Under the pieces are notes generated by a model. That model did no database searches. It saw only the letters and a list, made by a program, of their open reading frames with translations, and was not told the origin of the DNA. This document shows, piece by piece, positions 55,409-64,000 of a stretch of 64,000 nucleotides of DNA; position 1 is the first letter of the stretch, and every line of letters begins with the position of its first letter. The position numbers and the translations under genes are program-made. Source of the DNA: an uncultured virus (IMG/VR IMGVR_UViG_3300025534_000009) (Duplodnaviria > Heunggongvirae > Uroviricota > Caudoviricetes); IMG/VR virus record IMGVR_UViG_3300025534_000009. The stretch is one strand, 5' to 3'.

Positions 55409-56107
55409 ATGAAAAAGATTGATTTTGTGACCGATCTCGCGAATCTTCTTTCATTGGAGGCAAAGGATATTGACGTTGTCGTCAAGCACCTCGGCTTCGA
55501 CGAAATCATCGACCTGATCGACGCCGCCCAGAACAAGGACAAGAAGCGTGCCGCGAGAATTCTCGGTATCCGTGAGGACGGTCGCGAGTTGTCTGGGATC
55601 AGCGACCTGCTGGCGTCGTTCGAGAAGGACACCAAGCTCCGCAAGGAAGGTTCGTCCAAGGACGCGAGACGCTACATGCCGAACATCAACGACAAGGTGA
55701 TCGTCAACGGCGAGCGCGGGACCGTGAAGATTCCCAACGGCCCGAATGGTACGATCGGCGTGATGATCGACGGTGAGCTGACAATGGCCAAGAGATCGGA
55801 AGTGCGGCCGCTACGGGAGTCCACTCTTGGCATGACCACGATCCCATCGCTTGAGCGCATGCGCGAGCTGGCTGGTATTACCACGTGCTCGGAGCCATCC
55901 CAGAAGCTGCCTACGCCCGCCGTGGACGTTGATAGCGAGTGTTCGGACGAGGAATGCCCCCTGGCGGCTATCCAGGACGCTTTCGACACCATCGAGAAGA
56001 ACATCGGCAACCTGAAGATCAGGGATGGCAAGATCGTCCGGGATCGCGCCAACCGCATCCTCATGCGGCTGAACGAGAGCGCCACTCGGCGCGGCCGACG
56101 CATCTAG
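55409..56107 (+). CDS. Putative virion protein
   Basis: GAGG RBS; LRES, RMRELAGI and LNES motifs. Confidence 0.65.
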   Translation: MKKIDFVTDLANLLSLEAKDIDVVVKHLGFDEIIDLIDAAQNKDKKRAARILGIREDGRELSGISDLLASFEKDTKLRKEGSSKDARRYMPNINDKVIVNGERGTVKIPNGPNGTIGVMIDGELTMAKRSEVRPLRESTLGMTTIPSLERMRELAGITTCSEPSQKLPTPAVDVDSECSDEECPLAAIQDAFDTIEKNIGNLKIRDGKIVRDRANRILMRLNESATRRGRRI

Positions 56108-56197
56108 CGCAACGACGGAGGTGACCATCGGGCCACCTCCGTCGTTTATTCCAAGCAAAGTGACGCTCAAGAATGCCCGGAAGACCGGGCATCCTTG

Positions 56198-57243
56198 TCA
56201 ATTGTACTCCGTCACGTTTCCCTTGCGGGTCAGCGGGGTTGATGTCCTGCAACATCACCCTGTCCATGCCGTCAGGCTCGGACCGGATCACGATGCCCTC
56301 ACGCACGTGGTTGGCGAGCGTTGTGGTGCCGTTCTTGAGGTCACGCAGGCTCTGGGACCACGGTCCCTTGAAAAGGAGCGGAACGGTCTCGGCGCCAATC
56401 TTCTCAGTCGCCTGTGCCATCTCCTCCCACTTGAGAAAACGCACCTCACTCCCCTTAACGACCACCACATCGAACACCCCGAATTCGGGCTGGTCCTTTC
56501 CATAATGGAGGTCCTGGATGCCCTTGCCGAAAACCTCTCCCAGGAAGAAGACCTTGTCGTAGCCATCGACAAAGCGCTTGAACGCCTCCAGCTTCGAGAG
56601 AAGAGCCTTGACGTAGACATTCCGAGAGACGTTCGCTTCGTTGTTCTTGAAGACGAGCCCCTTCGCGCCGAGACCCTTTGAGAAGCAGAAAAAGTCCCCT
56701 TCGAACAGGTGCTGGTTGCCGAGACCACGGACAAAGCCAAGGCCGCAGAAAGTGCCGTGAATCTTCTCTGTAACCGTGACGGACATGCCATCGACGAAGA
56801 GGTCCGAGAACTTCTGAATATTCTCCACGTCGAAGTCGATGGTGTTCTCCTGACCGATGAACACCACGTCTCCAGCCATGGACGCCGGAATCTCGGGAAC
56901 GAACTTTGTGATCCCGAGGAACTCCGCAACATCGTCCCCGACCTTGACCTGCTTCCAGGTGTAGGTCCCGTCGGCGTTCGGAATGCGATCGCGGACGGAG
57001 ACATCATCACCATCGATCACGCCCCATGCAGGAAACATGATCCCTCGGGAAAGGACGTCGCGCAGCTTGATCGCCTTCACACGATTGCCCTTGCTGCCCG
57101 CAAGGAGCCCCCTTGTTGTTCTTCTCGTCCCAATATCCTTCCTTGAGGAGTGCGTCGGGCACAACGGCCCCCTCCGGGACGTAGACGACATAGTCTCCCG
57201 GCGCGTAGCCTCCCATCAGGCAACTTGGCAGAGATGGAGACAA
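56198..57243 (-). pseudogene. RNA ligase (DRB0094/Rnl2-like) pseudogene
   Basis: GD.VVY.PE, RVKAIKLR..LS.G, TEKIHGT, GE.FG, REG.V; frameshifts at ~57110 and ~56235; N-terminus missing. Confidence 0.8.
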
Positions 57244-57919
57244 ACTCTCGGAAATAGTTCAGCCCCTCCCCAGAGCCAAAAGATACAGATAGTCGGGCGC
57301 CTCCACCTTTATGAGAAAATCCTTGGCGGGACCAAAACCAACTTGGTCGCGAAGTGCCTCGGACAACATACGCAGGTTAGGGTACATCTTAACGAGCCGA
57401 CAGATTTTGGTCGCCGCCTTCAGGTCTTCATCGTTAAGTTGGTAGGCGATTACCCAGACGATGAGGCGCTTGGTGTCGGTATCGATATGGACTTCGTACT
57501 CTGAAGTATCTTTATGAAAGAGAGAAAGAAGGTTCGAAAAACCGCCATACGGGTTATCCCCGGTTTCGTCGCAAACAACGCCACTATAAAATCACTACCA
57601 CAGAATTGCATTTCTTTTACATGTGGTCGGACCATGGGTGGTGAGTAACCAAGCACCCGTTGCTGGCTGTGACGTGCATGTCGCCAGAAGCGCCCCAGTC
57701 GAGCAGCGGGCGTCGAGTACGACCTGTAAGAAAACATCACCGCAATAGTCAAACTTTCGATTTCATTGCTTCAGAACCGGGAGGCGCATCGCATGTCGTA
57801 CCAGACGTAAAAATGATGTCGGGTGGGAAAGAAGAATTCGATGAGAATATTTCTTTGATATGTTGCCGACACTGACCAAAGGCGGCGCACGTTGCCAGCG
57901 TGTCTTTTTAAATAGTATC

Positions 57920-58489
57920 ATGACTACCATTCGCAAAGCAAAACGAAACATCGGTCCGGTTCTCAGCGAGGCGGGAGCAGGACCGTCGCGTCTTGTCGCT
58001 CACATCAGATCGGGGCGTCCCTTCTTCATGATCTCGGCCATGCGTGCGAACCTTTCCCATCACGAAAACCTGGTTCGCGCCAAGAAACTGGAGAGAATGC
58101 TGGCGAACCTCCCCTACTCTTTCATTCGAACGGAGGGTGAGTACCTTGAGATCGGCCAGACCGAGCCAAGCCCGGAGTTGTCTCTGTTCGTCATGCCCGT
58201 GGACCCCGAAGCGCCCGGTGCGATCGACAGAATGATTTTTCTGGCTGTACGACTTATGCGAGTATTCGACCAGGACTCCGTCCTTATCGGCGACGGCAAC
58301 CGTGTCTATCTCCGCGAACGGGATGGAAGTGAATTCTCGCTTGGAAGCGCGGCATCGTTTTCTCTTGCGGTAATCAAGCGTGCTCCGGCCTTCAGCAAGA
58401 TTAAAGGCCGCAAGTTCACTTTCGCCGACCCTGACGATGCTCCAGGTGCCGCCGTCTATGGCCAAGACAAAAGTGTTGCGAACCAATAG
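57920..58489 (+). CDS. Conserved phage late protein
   Basis: TAAATA 5 nt upstream; SR...H, ISA.R, EN..R...L, G.Y.E, E.S.FV, QDSVL. Confidence 0.7.
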   Translation: MTTIRKAKRNIGPVLSEAGAGPSRLVAHIRSGRPFFMISAMRANLSHHENLVRAKKLERMLANLPYSFIRTEGEYLEIGQTEPSPELSLFVMPVDPEAPGAIDRMIFLAVRLMRVFDQDSVLIGDGNRVYLRERDGSEFSLGSAASFSLAVIKRAPAFSKIKGRKFTFADPDDAPGAAVYGQDKSVANQ

Positions 58490-58512
58490 CGTGTCGCTAT
58501 AGTTGCCACGCT

Positions 58513-58866
58513 ATGCGTAAGAGCGAGCTGTTCACAGAACTGACCAAGCGGAATGCGCTTCGGCGGGAGGCGCAGCTGCCGTTGCTCGACCTGCGCAGGG
58601 AGCTCCAGAAGCAGGAGATCATCGAGGCCTGGAAGGAGTATTACACGATCCAGGAGGCCTACGAGGAGAAGCGGAAGAGCATCTTGGATCGGATATCGCG
58701 GGAGTATGCCGTCAAGTACGGTGTGGCCCCGGACAGCGCCGGGGGCCATTGGATCGTCCTGGCTAAGGCCGAGCGGGAGTTCGAGGCCTACCTGGAGACG
58801 ATCGGCTACAAGAAGCCCCCGCCAATCCCCGGCCAGGCGATCTTCTACGGCGGTGACACCGAGTAA
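58513..58866 (+). CDS. Hypothetical protein
   Basis: 117-aa ORF with codon bias. Confidence 0.65.
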   Translation: MRKSELFTELTKRNALRREAQLPLLDLRRELQKQEIIEAWKEYYTIQEAYEEKRKSILDRISREYAVKYGVAPDSAGGHWIVLAKAEREFEAYLETIGYKKPPPIPGQAIFYGGDTE

Positions 58867-58876
58867 TCCGCCACTC

Positions 58877-59338
58877 TCAAATCACTTCGTACCGCTTGAG
58901 CTGCTCAAGTGTGTCATCGGCGTTCTTGTGGCGAATGCCGATGCCACCAGCGGCTTCCCACCGCCTGATGTTCTTCGGCATGTCATCGACCAAGATTTCG
59001 CCCGGTCGGCGGATGTGTAGAGCCTTGTCGCGAGAAAGGCATGTGACAACGAGCTCATGGTCAAAGTGCCGCTTCCACCACTCCTTCTTGGCGGCCGCAG
59101 CGACCTCAAAGCCACTCTTCGGGCAGCCGGTGAGCACCACGGGCTGAAGGTGTACAACCTTCTCCCAGAGATGCATGGCGTCGCTCTTGAGCGGCATCTC
59201 GTACCAAAAGTCGTTTCTTTTATTGATGAGAGCCCACATGTGGGCTTCGTTCATCTCCCGTGGCCACTTCCCGAAGAGCTGGTAAACGTGGAGATCGAAG
59301 TCGGCAAAAACTCCGTCACTGTCTAGAACGATGCTCAT
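58877..59338 (-). CDS. HAD-family 5'(3')-nucleotidase-like protein
   Basis: LDSDGVFADF, LT, K..W, LVDD...N...W...GG.GI.H. Confidence 0.85.
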   Translation of the reverse strand: MSIVLDSDGVFADFDLHVYQLFGKWPREMNEAHMWALINKRNDFWYEMPLKSDAMHLWEKVVHLQPVVLTGCPKSGFEVAAAAKKEWWKRHFDHELVVTCLSRDKALHIRRPGEILVDDMPKNIRRWEAAGGIGIRHKNADDTLEQLKRYEVI

Positions 59339-59456
59339 AAAATAACTCCTGCCGAAATAAGAATATGTTACGAATCTCGGCAGGAGGTACCATATAATTC
59401 AGGCTCGCGTGGCGCCCCGGCTTCCTCGTTACATGAGGCGTCACGCATTCGTATGT

Positions 59457-59771
59457 CTATACTCCCTTTTCAAGAATTTTAATCGAAATTGTTAAGATGA
59501 ATGCAAAAGTTACGATGATTGCATACCAGAAGAACAACAGGATCGCCTGATAGAGATGCCAATCCCAAACCTCCACCGCGCCATATACGCCAAAACAACT
59601 TCCAACCAGTGGGATATATGTCAGGAAAATAGCTATAAAGAAACTAAGGACTTTTCCTATACCAAGGGCATAAGAAAGGCCGTCCATAATGGCGAACATT
59701 TGTACGAAGCCTATAATCAGATAAAGTACATACACCGCGATACCAAAGGCTCCTGACAAGATGGATGGCAT
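59457..59771 (-). CDS. Membrane protein
   Basis: Hydrophobic helices; YIPLVGS..G..GA..VW.W. Confidence 0.7.
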   Translation of the reverse strand: MPSILSGAFGIAVYVLYLIIGFVQMFAIMDGLSYALGIGKVLSFFIAIFLTYIPLVGSCFGVYGAVEVWDWHLYQAILLFFWYAIIVTFAFILTISIKILEKGV

Positions 59772-60456
59772 CCCCTAACCCTCCGAACACTCGGTGATTC
59801 AACCTGCGAGATAGAGTGTTCATCAGCATGGAGGGAATGACAAGCGAAACGGCGCGCAGTCGGTTTAGCTGCGCGCCTCGGAGTGACGTACTTCAATTCA
59901 AAATGTTCTCAGCGCCATCTGGTCCAGCAATGCACTTCAAGCAGGGCGTAACCACAATTGTTTCCAGGGGGTCCGAAATTTTTCGCCATTGCACTCGCAA
60001 CGGAGGCCTGCCAAAGACATCGCGGCAGACGTATTGAGCAGCGCTTTGTTCTGGTGTATTACAGGCGAAAATGTTTCGGATAGGAAAATTAGGATGCGTA
60101 CTAAAACAACTTGAACTAAACTCACCTATGCAAGCGTTGCGGAATTGCCGCCCAGTAGGAAAAGAGAAATGGTGCCAGGTAGACGTAACGTTTCATGGCG
60201 CACCTCCTAACTGAAGTTGAGGGCGCGGAACGGTCGGAATCCTGGAGAATCCCTCCCGCCCGTCGTGATATCGACGAATGGCGTCAAGTCCAAATAGCCG
60301 CGCGGAAAAGTATCTGACTTGGCGTGATATTCCTCTGCTCGTTCGCAGCGTTCATCTACCCATGACCAGATCGGGCGGCTTTCGGCTAAAGACGAGGAGG
60401 CAGGGAATGGTTTCAGGGCGACGGCGCCACGAAGCACATTCCTCAATGGTCGCTCG

Positions 60457-60720
60457 TCATGCGACTGACTTCTGCTTCTGAAAACGAGCCAACCTCTTGG
60501 CCTCCTTCAGCTCGGCGAGCATCGCCGTGGCAATCCGGGAGAGCGAGATACGCTTCAATACATCTACGTGCGAAAGGCGATAAGCCCGATCGTCGTTCTT
60601 GATCTTGATCTTTAGTTCCCTGATTGCCTCGGAAAGCTCCCGGTAGGAATCCCGCCAGTTCTGACGATATGCCAGGTACGTTTCGCGAGATGTGATGGTG
60701 TCGATGAGAAAAGTCGTCAT
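60457..60720 (-). CDS. Small basic helical phage protein
   Basis: AAGGA RBS; YL.YR..W...Y..LS..IR..K. Confidence 0.7.
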   Translation of the reverse strand: MTTFLIDTITSRETYLAYRQNWRDSYRELSEAIRELKIKIKNDDRAYRLSHVDVLKRISLSRIATAMLAELKEAKRLARFQKQKSVA

Positions 60721-60973
60721 GATTGAAAATCCTTTCGTTATTTCCGCAATGAGAAACATTTTGTAATTATGCGCACGTCTTCTTTTCGTGCGGGCCGATG
60801 CCAAGCGCAGTGACGATAGAAAGACCGATGACGGGGGACCGACCCACCGTGCGTCTTCATGGGCGCACAGGAGTCTGTGCTTCTGGTACGGGGCAGCATC
60901 TACCGGTCTCTCTTGGAGGGCTGCATGACGAGCTTGTCAGCCGCGCCTGCGGGCACCCATCCGGTATTCGAAA

Positions 60974-61726
60974 TTACTTGTTGTCCTGCGGGGGTGCTGG
61001 CAGGTCTTTGCGAGATACACAGATGTGTGTCCGCTCGTAACCATTGTCTCCGGTAGTCAGTCCCCAGACGTGAAGTTCATCATCAAGCATCCAGTAATGC
61101 GCGCGGCGAACAACGGAGACGGTTCGTTCGACTTCGTCGTGCTGCACAAGAGCGCCCCACGACATGTCCCTGCCCTTGCGATGCATATAGACGATCTCGT
61201 TAAAGACCCCGAGCAACGCTCGTTCCATGTCGGCCGCTCGAATGTTACCGAGAATGCGTTGGTCTTTATCATTGTGAGCAGCCTGACGGACTACGTTGTA
61301 CATCGCCAGGAGAACACTGAATATGCAGGCGTTATCCGTGCTCTCCTCCAACAAATTCCAGTCGAAGGGATGTGATGCACCCGCCACAATCTGGCGAATG
61401 CCGGTCAACGTCTCCGGTACAGGATCATCCCCGGCCGTGACGGCGGCGTTGTAGACGGAAACGAGTTCCGTAGCCTCATAGAGGCCATACCAGACCCAGG
61501 CCGACACGACGCCGTCGTATTCCTTGGGGTCGCGCTCGTCGATGCGGGAGCGTGTACCGTCCTTGTGCAGCCGGTAGTAGACCTTTGCGTCCGGGTCGAT
61601 GCCTCGCCTGCGGGTCATCCAGCGGGCGACCATCTCGATTCCTAACTTCTGACGATCTCGCATCGGCCGCCTCCTGGGATCGACTTCGGAGGCGTAACTG
61701 TTTTCCAAATATGCTGTGTCAACCAT
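60974..61726 (-). CDS. Hypothetical protein
   Basis: 250-aa ORF. Confidence 0.6.
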   Translation of the reverse strand: MVDTAYLENSYASEVDPRRRPMRDRQKLGIEMVARWMTRRRGIDPDAKVYYRLHKDGTRSRIDERDPKEYDGVVSAWVWYGLYEATELVSVYNAAVTAGDDPVPETLTGIRQIVAGASHPFDWNLLEESTDNACIFSVLLAMYNVVRQAAHNDKDQRILGNIRAADMERALLGVFNEIVYMHRKGRDMSWGALVQHDEVERTVSVVRRAHYWMLDDELHVWGLTTGDNGYERTHICVSRKDLPAPPQDNK

Positions 61727-61938
61727 TCAACTAATGTTCTTCCAAACGGGCCAATTGTACACCAGAGATGCGATCAAGAATAATAAAAACGGTCGAAGAC
61801 CCTTGTAAGACAATTTCGATTTTGGTTTCGAGCGCTCCAATTATGTATAAATATTGTTACATCGGAAATTGGTCCGATGATACGGGCAGTAAAAACCTCG
61901 CAAGTCGGTGAGGTAGTAAAGACCCGGTAAGGAGCAAT

Positions 61939-62556
61939 ATGGTAGAACACGTTGATCAATCGCTTCCGGCGGGCGGTCGATCCACTGTCGTTGAACTTGT
62001 CATCGACGAGACCGGATCGATGTCAGCATTCAAGACCGCGACAATTTCAGCGATCAATTCCTTTCTCAAGGATCAGGCAGAAGTCGAAGGTGAATGCCTT
62101 CTTTCGCTGAGCAAGTTCCACTCCGGTTCGATCCGGACTCCTATCCAGGACATCGACATCAGGTTCGTTCCTCCTATGACGGAGAGAACCTTCCTTCCTG
62201 GTGGCGGAACGAATTTGTATGACGCAATCATCGAGCGCATCAATGCCCTTAGTTCACGAACTGCGAACTGGACGGGCGACTTTCAGGTCCTGTTCGTTGT
62301 CCTGACCGATGGTGAGGACAACATGTCGAGGAACGGGCCGAGACAGGTCAGAGCGTTGATCAAGAAATACGAAGCCGCGAATTGGCGGTTCATGTATTTG
62401 GGGGCGACCGACAACGCTTTGACGATTGCAAAGAGTCTCGGCTTTCATCGTAGCCGATCCAAGAAATTCAAGATGAAGGACATTGAGAGGACCATGGCCG
62501 TGCTTTCTGCGAGCACGACGGTCTATCGCGCCACTGGGGTGGCGGAGATTGCTTGA
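61939..62556 (+). CDS. von Willebrand factor A (vWA) domain protein
   Basis: MIDAS DETGSM, T.LYDAI, TDGEDN.S, YLGA. Confidence 0.88.
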   Translation: MVEHVDQSLPAGGRSTVVELVIDETGSMSAFKTATISAINSFLKDQAEVEGECLLSLSKFHSGSIRTPIQDIDIRFVPPMTERTFLPGGGTNLYDAIIERINALSSRTANWTGDFQVLFVVLTDGEDNMSRNGPRQVRALIKKYEAANWRFMYLGATDNALTIAKSLGFHRSRSKKFKMKDIERTMAVLSASTTVYRATGVAEIA

Positions 62557-62567
62557 GGAGTTCATTC

Positions 62568-63347
62568 ATGCGGTACAATAACGTTTCCCTTGAAGTTCAT
62601 GTTCGCGGTCGCCAGATCACCGAGTACCCGCACAACGGCCAGGTTTTCGTCGAGGGACGACCAGGCTCTCGCTACGAGATCGTCGTTCGCAATCACAATC
62701 TCTTTCCGATCGAGGCCATCGTCTCCGTCGATGGTCTGTCGGTGATCGACGGAAAGGACGCTGGTCCGAACTCGTCAGGCTATCTCGTTGATCCTGGCGC
62801 CAGCATCACGATCCCCGGCTGGAAGGTGGACAGCGCGACGGCCGCTTCGTTTGAGTTTGCTGGTAAAGGCAAGAGCTATGCGCAATTCGCCAGCGGTTCG
62901 ACGCGCAACGTCGGTGTGATCGGTCTCCTCGCATACAAGCTCCAGCACCCGATCTACACCACCGTTCCCCACCCCTTGAGGAGCATCCAGACCCAGCCCT
63001 TGCCTGGGTGGATTTACGCGAATGGCTATCAAGACGGGGTCGCTACGTACTCGGCATCAGGTTGCGTCAGCTATGGGGCTTCCATCACCGCATGCTGCGT
63101 TCACGACGCAGGCGAGGTGAGCATGCAGAACCTCGGCACCGCGTTTGGTCAAGCGACTGATTTCGCCACCATCTCCATGGAAGCGAAGCGCGAGGACCTG
63201 CTCGGTATGATCGTCATCCATTATGACGACGCTCGCGGCCTGAAGGCCCGAGGTATCTCCCTGGACAAGCGACCTCGCGTCCGCAACCAGCCCAACCCGT
63301 TTCCCGGAATGAGCGGCTGCAAGCCGCCACCCTGCTGGAACGGTTGA
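62568..63347 (+). CDS. Conserved hypothetical protein (Ig-like N-terminus)
   Basis: Y.I..RN, SVDGL.VI.G, GY.V, I.GW, N.GVIG, LGT.FG. Confidence 0.7.
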   Translation: MRYNNVSLEVHVRGRQITEYPHNGQVFVEGRPGSRYEIVVRNHNLFPIEAIVSVDGLSVIDGKDAGPNSSGYLVDPGASITIPGWKVDSATAASFEFAGKGKSYAQFASGSTRNVGVIGLLAYKLQHPIYTTVPHPLRSIQTQPLPGWIYANGYQDGVATYSASGCVSYGASITACCVHDAGEVSMQNLGTAFGQATDFATISMEAKREDLLGMIVIHYDDARGLKARGISLDKRPRVRNQPNPFPGMSGCKPPPCWNG

Positions 63348-63353
63348 GATTGG

Positions 63354-63376
63354 AAGGCCCCGTTACGGGGCCTTTC
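63354..63376. terminator. Bidirectional terminator between convergent genes
   Basis: AAGGCCCCG-TTA-CGGGGCCTTT. Confidence 0.7.
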
Positions 63377-64000
63377 CTTTTCCGATGGGCGTGGACGCCT
63401 CGTAGAACAGGTAGGTATCCGGCTCGATGAATTCGTAGTCGTTCAAGCGGGTTTTCCCCTCTTCGACCAGCTCGCTGTGGAGCCTTACGTTCGTGATCGC
63501 CCGGTTCTTGCCGACCTTCGCCCGGATCACGCACTCATACATGCCTTCGCCGCCGAAACCAGGAAACCGGAACTCCGTGAAGGACTTCTGCGTCTTCGTT
63601 CGGACACCGGACACGTCGGTGCACACAGGGTAACTGTCCTCCTCGTCGGACGAGGCCATGTCCTCGGACTCTTGATGATAGAGGTCGCAGAGAGTGCAAA
63701 GCGTCTTGAGGTTGATCGGTCGCGCGGGGAGCCCGACGACAACGATCTTGTACCGCCTGGCCTTTCCGATTGTGTCGATCAGGTAGACCTCATCCGGTCC
63801 CTTCTTGAGCATTTCGATAGCGAGCGACCTCGGAAAGATTTCTCCGCGATATCCGGCCCCAAGCGCCAGAACCCTGGCGACCGCTGCCAAACCGGCCCCA
63901 TACGACGCCTTCACGGTCTCTGCCGAGAACTGACCTTCCTGCAAATCGAGGTAGGGCGCGTGAAAACCGAGTTGCGCTCGATAGTGGATCGAACGCCTCG
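63363..64000 (-). CDS. COG3904-like (ClpP/crotonase-fold) exported protein, partial
   Basis: Upstream in-frame A.LGFHAPY motif; runs off the window end. Confidence 0.5.
   Translation of the reverse strand, partial: RRSIHYRAQLGFHAPYLDLQEGQFSAETVKASYGAGLAAVARVLALGAGYRGEIFPRSLAIEMLKKGPDEVYLIDTIGKARRYKIVVVGLPARPINLKTLCTLCDLYHQESEDMASSDEEDSYPVCTDVSGVRTKTQKSFTEFRFPGFGGEGMYECVIRAKVGKNRAITNVRLHSELVEEGKTRLNDYEFIEPDTYLFYEASTPIGKGKAP

Noticed and set aside
60168..60250. tRNA suggested by a minus-strand GGCACCA end
   Set aside because: No T-loop GTTCRA, D arm or cloverleaf could be built.

Overview
The window reads as a 64-kb segment of a T4-related jumbo myovirus-type genome, probably from an alphaproteobacterial host. 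It carries a gp4-like head completion nuclease, a putative TerS, gp32 SSB-UvsX-UvsY, UvsW, primase, gp41-like helicase, a mini-DnaE, TAAATA late promoters and many virion/internal proteins. Two unusual systems stand out. (1) The large terminase is encoded in three separate genes (6020-6391, 8370-9191, 9668-11083) joined by two different atypically split inteins inserted in the Walker A and Walker B motifs. A ~529-aa TerL would therefore need double protein trans-splicing. (2) A three-gene putative-Ig (He_PIG-like) fibre locus (26556-29406) has scaffold Ig repeats that lack their last two beta-strands, and the next gene begins with those two strands fused to a beta-propeller. This suggests a plug-in adhesin scaffold assembled by donor-hairpin complementation. 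An XerC/D dif-like site (33493-33520), an IS5-family element at the 5' end of a structural gene and several frameshifted accessory genes suggest the element persists in the host as a phage-plasmid or prophage. All family calls come from motif recognition by eye, without database searches.
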